DNA of 64,000 bases from assembly GCA_964016885.1 (NCBI GenBank), contig OZ024752.1:15872001-15936000 (forward strand), written 5' to 3'. Position numbers and translations under genes: made by a program. This document shows positions 54,768-64,000 of the stretch, piece by piece. Below the pieces are notes generated by a model. The model worked only from the letters and a program-made list of their open reading frames with translations. It was not told where the DNA came from and made no database searches. The first letter of the stretch is position 1. Each line of letters starts with the position of its first letter. This DNA comes from Eledone cirrhosa. Its lineage: Eukaryota.

Positions 54768-55743
54768 TCTATAAAAGGCAGATTGTTGTTGCTGTGTGTG
54801 TGCATGTTCCATGTTTATACATTTCCACAATTTCAAACCGATTCGACTCAAAGTCTGTATGAATGTTGTAAATGGTATAACTTTAATCAACGACAACTTA
54901 TATTTTTCAAACTCACCCACAATTACGGAAACAATCGATAAAACTAAATACATGACGCTTTACCCCTCCTATACAATCTGAAATCCCTCTCTCTACTCCT
55001 CTTAAAATTCGATAAAACTACATACATGCTGCAACTTTCTCTTATATAGGCTTAAACCCCCTCCTTACAAACTTCCTTTAGGAACTCGGAAGAAAGAAGA
55101 GAGAAAGAAATAAAGGAGAGAGAGAGAAATGAGTGAGAGAGAGAGAACGTTTGTTTTTGAGTGTGGAACGGTCAAACATTTATTTACTTCGATGACAACG
55201 AAGAGAACTTATTACATTTCATACCAAACAACAATTATTCAAAAGCAACAGATAAATTTATTCAACAACAAAAAAAAAAGCGATAAATCTTTTTTAAAAG
55301 ATCTCTCAACGAACGTGGAAGTAAGAAGTATCAGTTTATTTACTATACACAATAATATCCTCTATGAGGTCACTAAACCTGCTCGAAACAGCAGCTAACT
55401 CTCCACCATATCACACCCCTCCCTACTGTCTTAAATTTAGAAAACAGACATTAGACAACCATGCAGAACAACTCCATCGCAGCTCTGTTGTTCGGCTGAC
55501 ATCGTCTACGCGCGTGTTGCGCAAATACTGTGAAACAATAGATTACAACACTTCTTTGCACAGAGATAATATCCATAGGCGAAACTACAATTGTCACTGC
55601 TGACGCAGCTCCTGCTTCGGAAGTCCAGGTCTGCAATTCATTCACCAAGTGCCTGGCAGACAATAAAGTGGTGCCACAAAATGGGTGGTGCAACCTAACT
55701 TTGGAAACTTACTGACCCGAGCAACGCCGGGCTTTAATGCTAG
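54768..55743 (+). mobile_element. Non-autonomous Helitron
   Basis: A|TC start, 3' hairpin CCCGAGCAACGCCGGG, then CTAG|T. Confidence 0.72.
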
Positions 55744-55962
55744 TATATATATATACTCATACCTATGTGTATGTGAGTGTGTGTGATGGTGTGTGTGTGT
55801 TTGTGTGTGTGTGTGTTTAGGAACAATATTACACACATGGATATAGGATCACTGGTGTTTAATACTCACCAACACATACACACAAACACATGTACACAAT
55901 CATACACAAATACACATACATACATATATATATATGTGTGTGTGGATATATATATATATATT

Positions 55963-56030
<68 letters not shown>

Positions 56031-56059
56031 CACACACACAAGCACACATGCCCACGCAG

Positions 56060-56130
<71 letters not shown>

Positions 56131-56360
56131 TATATATATATGTATATAATATATATGTATATAATATATATGTATATATATATATATGCATATATATATG
56201 CATATATATGCATATATATATGTCTATATATATATGCATATACATATGTATATATATATATATATATATATATGTCTGTGTGTGTGTGTATATATATATA
56301 TATTTATGCATATATACAACGATATTAAATAAATGGAAACTATATTTATAGAACCATATT

Positions 56361-56423
56361 TATTCTATTATATATATTTCAAACGTACCAAAAAACTTTG
56401 GTACGCTTTCATCAGATAAAATA
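56361..56423 (-). ncRNA. Type I hammerhead ribozyme
   Basis: TATTTTAT-CTGATGA-AAGCGTACCAAA..TTTGGTACGTTT-GAAA-TATATA-TA-ATAGAATA. Confidence 0.82.
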
Positions 56424-56514
56424 CAAAGGGTCTTTTATAAATTTTGACATAGCCAAGGATAATCATACCTCATCAGTTGAATATTCATATATATATGTAT
56501 ATATATATATATAC

Positions 56515-56581
<67 letters not shown>

Positions 56582-56588
<7 letters not shown>

Positions 56589-56916
56589 CGTATCTGAATT
56601 TGTTTAGCAAGATTCTTTATCTGAAAACGTGTGTTGAAAACGATTTTCTTATACTTTGGGAGGGTCATGTTGCCAATAAGAAACACACGCACCAGGTGCT
56701 TTCACTTCAATTTATTATAAATTTCCGGTTGGTTTGTTGGTTCCACAACCGGACGGTTGTTCATATATTGTCAAAGTTCTTTCGTCACACATTCTGTGAC
56801 CTCTTCAGTGACTGGGGATGCTTCTCTTTGATTTGTCCCTCTCCTTTGTTCTGTCCTACGCCACCTTGATTGTATGTGTGTTGTGTGCTTAGTTTGCGCA
56901 TGTGTTACATCCGGGT
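56582..56916 (-). mobile_element. Solo PLE family-B 3' pLTR with hammerhead (56770-56812)
   Basis: Reverse complement of 32740-33106. Confidence 0.85.
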
Positions 56917-56938
56917 ATATATGAGTATATATATATGC

Positions 56939-56970
<32 letters not shown>

Positions 56971-57001
56971 TTATATATATATATATATATAAATATATAT
57001 A

Positions 57002-59241
<2,240 letters not shown>

Positions 59242-59408
59242 ATATATATTTATATTTACCAAAATAACAAGATTAAAGCTTTATCTGTTATATTAATAAA
59301 TATTTGTCTAGGGTTCTTATATGTTTGATATATATTCATCCTTATCGAGCCCTCTTTGGATTTTAGTCTTCAAATTTATTATTATTACTATATATATACA
59401 TATATACG

Positions 59409-59499
<91 letters not shown>

Positions 59500-59526
59500 G
59501 TATGTATATATATGCATATTACAAGG

Positions 59527-59611
59527 TGTCTGACGAGCCGCGGATTACAGAGACAGGTCAGATCGATACAGATCGAACGTTGAGCTGGTCAGTGGTGAAA
59601 CGCGCGTAATG
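59527..59611 (+). ncRNA. Hammerhead motif with palindromic loop 3
   Basis: CTGACGA-GCCGC...GTGGT-GAAA-CGCGCG-TA; weak stem I. Confidence 0.6.
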
Positions 59612-59705
59612 AAGGAGTAACCAATGCTCCTTGTCTTATTTAACTATATATATATATATATATATATTATTTAAAAAATAGAGGTGTGACGCACGAGTTG
59701 TGATA

Positions 59706-60065
59706 TATTAGTAAAAAGGAAAAGAAAATGCTTACAAATTATTCCGAGTGAAAAATAGTTTAATTTGGAATAAGTATAAATTAGTAATAATATTAGTTAG
59801 TATTCAGTTTTAGTTTTAAGTTTTTACCTACCGGTTGCGCGTTTCTTATCTTTTTCAAAAATAATTTTGAAATAGAGTGCTCAAAAATCACGAGCACTCT
59901 ATCTCAAAATAATTTCTGATAAGCATAAGAAATGCGCAACCGGTAAAAACTTAAAACTAAAACTGAATACTAACTAATATTTATTACTAATTTATACTTA
60001 TCCCTAATTAAATTATTTTTCACTGGGAAAAATTTGTCAGCATTTTCTTTTCCTTTTTACTAATA
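59706..60065. repeat. TA-flanked fold-back element (~175-bp arms)
   Basis: 59706-59882 inverts 59892-60065; degenerate hammerhead-like core at ~59912-59950. Confidence 0.8.
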
Positions 60066-60066
60066 A

Positions 60067-60115
<49 letters not shown>

Positions 60116-60242
60116 AAATTAAGATAAATTAAATGATTTTAATCTAAATCAAAATGATGGGCGTCATGCCAGAACGGCATACGCCATATCACCCGGAAAA
60201 ATAAGCTCAAAGATTCTATCGAGTAGGTCCGAGCATTTTATA

Positions 60243-60341
60243 ATAACTAGAAATTGATTAACATATATATAAGCATGAATAATCACAGGAGATACTCCTG
60301 TGATTATTCATGTTTATATATATGTTAATCAATTTCTAGTT

Positions 60342-60343
<2 letters not shown>
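60243..60343. repeat. ~49-bp-arm hairpin adjacent to (TA)n
   Basis: ...AATCACAGGAG-ata-CTCCTGTGATT... Confidence 0.82.
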
Positions 60344-60396
<53 letters not shown>

Positions 60397-61270
60397 AAGA
60401 TGAATATAAAATGAAAGTGCTTTTATAAAGGAATTTATTAGGTATTGACATATGTTTCTGTAACAGACGGAATACCTATGTATCGCTGCTTGCGTAATCA
60501 TATAATGTTAGCAAGTATTCGATAGCAAATGTATAATCAGTTGTCACTTCTTCAGAGATATTGGATAAATTGGAAAAAATCAGAAAAATTAAAGTATTTA
60601 TATTAGTTGTAAGAAAGGAAGAAGAGAAGGGATAGTATATGACAGATGGCAATTCAATTTGCTGATAAACAAGTATATAGAAGGTTTTTAAGGAGAATAC
60701 AATGAGTATATGGCTTATTTTATCTAAATAAGAATTTTTGGGAGTGCCTATTTTAATCTATATTTGACCAGTTGAACAATGGACAGGGCTGGTCTTTTGG
60801 TGTAGTAGTATTAATACAGATATAAAGTGTCAAGTAAGGAAGATAGAGATTTTAACTGCTACTGTATAACAACAATGCTGGTAGCCTGCTGGTATATGCA
60901 TTAGGGAATTGAATTAAGAAATCTCATTTTATCTATAGCAGTTTATATTAAAAGGTAAAGAATAGAAGAGTTGATAGAATTAAGAGTAATAGAGAATGTT
61001 AATATGTATTTTGACAATCAAACGGAGATGGAGACAGGTGTTCAATCCTGGTAGCGTTTGTAATATGAAAATGTAGATTGCAAGCGATGGTTACAGTATA
61101 ACGATCGCTCTATTCTGTTATTTAATAAAATATTTTTGGATTTCATAATACAAAATATTTCCATATTACACAATTTACAAAATTCCTGTCCTTGGGAATA
61201 TGCAGAGGCAGCTGTTATTAGATCCCATTTTAGGTTAAATTGTTGGTTATTTTCGCGCAGCTATTATTTC

Positions 61271-62612
61271 CAAATATAAGAAAGCTAACCCTATGGCCTA
61301 CCACGACATTAATACAGAAACCAAAGAACTTGCCACCGCCCTTAAGGTAGATAAGAAGCTACAATCTCTAGCTAAGCGGGAGGTGTTCCTCACCCCGAAA
61401 GATCACAAGATAGACTTTACTTCTAACCCCACATGTAGACTACTAACCCGGCACGCACAGATATGGGACTATTCAGTAAAGCCATACTTACGAACATAGT
61501 TAAGACCAATAGGGCCAAGTCCAACCTGTCCCAGGTGGAGAACAGCGACTCCGTAATTAAGTGGTTTAACTCCTTCAAATCCAAAAATGCGAAGTTCAGA
61601 CAGTTTGACATTGTAGAATCTTACCCGCCAATCTCAGAGACCCTGTTAAACAAAGCGTTTAACTTTGCTACCACTTACGCTACTGTCCATGTTATAGACA
61701 GGGAAATCATCGCTCACTGTCGGAAAACCCTCTTCTCCTCTTCAACAACGGAGTAGCCTGGGCAAAAAAGTCAACAACTTCACACTTATTCGACGTCTCC
61801 ATGGGATCGTTTGACAGTGTTGACGTATGCGACTTGGTTGGCCTATTTATTTTAGACATATTACGGGTTAGAATCCCGGACTTCCACACGGGAATATACC
61901 GCGACGATGGACTGACCTTATCGAGCCGTAAAATGTGGTCACGACCTCGACCGGTTTAAAAAAAGACTTAGCTTCTACCTTCAATGAGTTAGGACTTAGA
62001 ATAACACTAGCTACCAACCTCTATATCGTAGATTTCTTAGACATTAATTTAGACCTTCGCACACACACCTACAGACCCTTCCATAAGCTTAACCAAAAAC
62101 TCTATTACATTCACAAGTACTCATGCCACCTTCCCACTGTTTTTAGAAACTTCATAAATAATAGCAGTACTAGAATCTCAAAACTCTCCTCTAATAAGGC
62201 TATCTTTGACAGAGCGGCACCCTACTATAACACGGAGTCAGCTAACATCGGCTTCTCGCAACCTATCACTTACTCTCCCACTAACAAGAACAGCAATAAG
62301 AAAAGGAAGCGTAACAATAGACAAACTATCTGGTTCTCTCCTCCCTTCTCACTCAACGTTAAAACGAATGTAGGCAAAAGATTTCTAGTCTTCTTAGATA
62401 ACCACTTTCCCATAGGTCATAAATACCGCTCCATCTTTAACTGACACGAAGTAAAACTAGGATACTCCTGCGCTAACAACATGAAGGCCCACATCACCAA
62501 CAGCCATAAGAGCAACACCCCACCAGGGTCCTCTTGCCGTAAGCCCAAAGCTTGTCCCCTTCAACGGCAATGCAACACACCCGCTGTGGTTTATGAAGCT
62601 GTGGTCACTTCC
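61271..62612 (+). pseudogene. Decayed PLE RT/GIY-YIG related to family D
   Basis: KDHK..NPTCRLL, QFDIVESYPPIS, FDVSMGS, IYRDDG, IWFSPPFS, CPL..AVVY across several frameshifts. Confidence 0.85.
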
Positions 62613-62644
<32 letters not shown>

Positions 62645-63045
62645 TACATATATATATATACAGTATATATGTATATATATATTACATTTATATATATATT
62701 ATATATAATTATATTATACATATATCTACATATATATATACATATATATATATATCACACATACGCACATACATATATATACACACACATATATACACAC
62801 ACACATGCACACATACATATAAACGTGTACACATATATCTGTATACCTACAGGCACATATATAACAAAACACATATATACATACATATATGTATACCCAT
62901 CTACTCAAGTGTTTAAGTTCATATATACATTTGTGTGAGGGAGGGGATATTAATGAAATGTTATTGTTCCTCTGAGGGTTTTTCCTCTCTTCAACGATCC
63001 AATGTTTGAAAGTACGGGTGTCATCAACTGTTTTCTTTTTCACTA

Positions 63046-63113
<68 letters not shown>

Positions 63114-63134
63114 GATATATATGTATATATATAT

Positions 63135-64000
<866 letters not shown>

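Noticed and set aside
60441-60562. Minus-strand CTGAAGA...GAAA-CATATG-TC hammerhead candidate
   Set aside because: Stem I does not pair convincingly; at most a decayed copy, so not listed as a feature.

Overview
Eukaryotic, AT-rich, microsatellite-dense repeat region with no confidently identifiable host gene. The SINE, LINE and (TA)n make-up suggests an invertebrate, probably an octopus or related cephalopod (inference). The window is dominated by Penelope-like retroelements (PLEs; reverse transcriptase plus C-terminal GIY-YIG endonuclease) of at least three RT types, all inserted in (TA)n. These include a ~3.7-kb near-perfect palindrome of two head-to-head copies (674-4380), a near-full-length copy (28.7-33.1 kb) and a pLTR-ORF-pLTR copy with an inverted partner (48.0-53.9 kb). 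Reading the non-coding DNA by eye shows roughly 25-30 type I hammerhead ribozyme motifs from about ten sequence families, including recurrent core variants (U3-A8, U4C). Many sit in short (TA)n-flanked fold-back elements whose two 3' ends face outward, and one tRNA-derived SINE shows the same geometry. Also present: Tx1, CR1 and RTE LINE remnants, two SINE groups, a decayed Ty3/Gypsy element, mariner, pogo and hAT DNA elements, two Helitrons and a 41-bp minisatellite. Most short ORFs in the track are microsatellite artefacts. All pairings and alignments were done by eye; none were computed.
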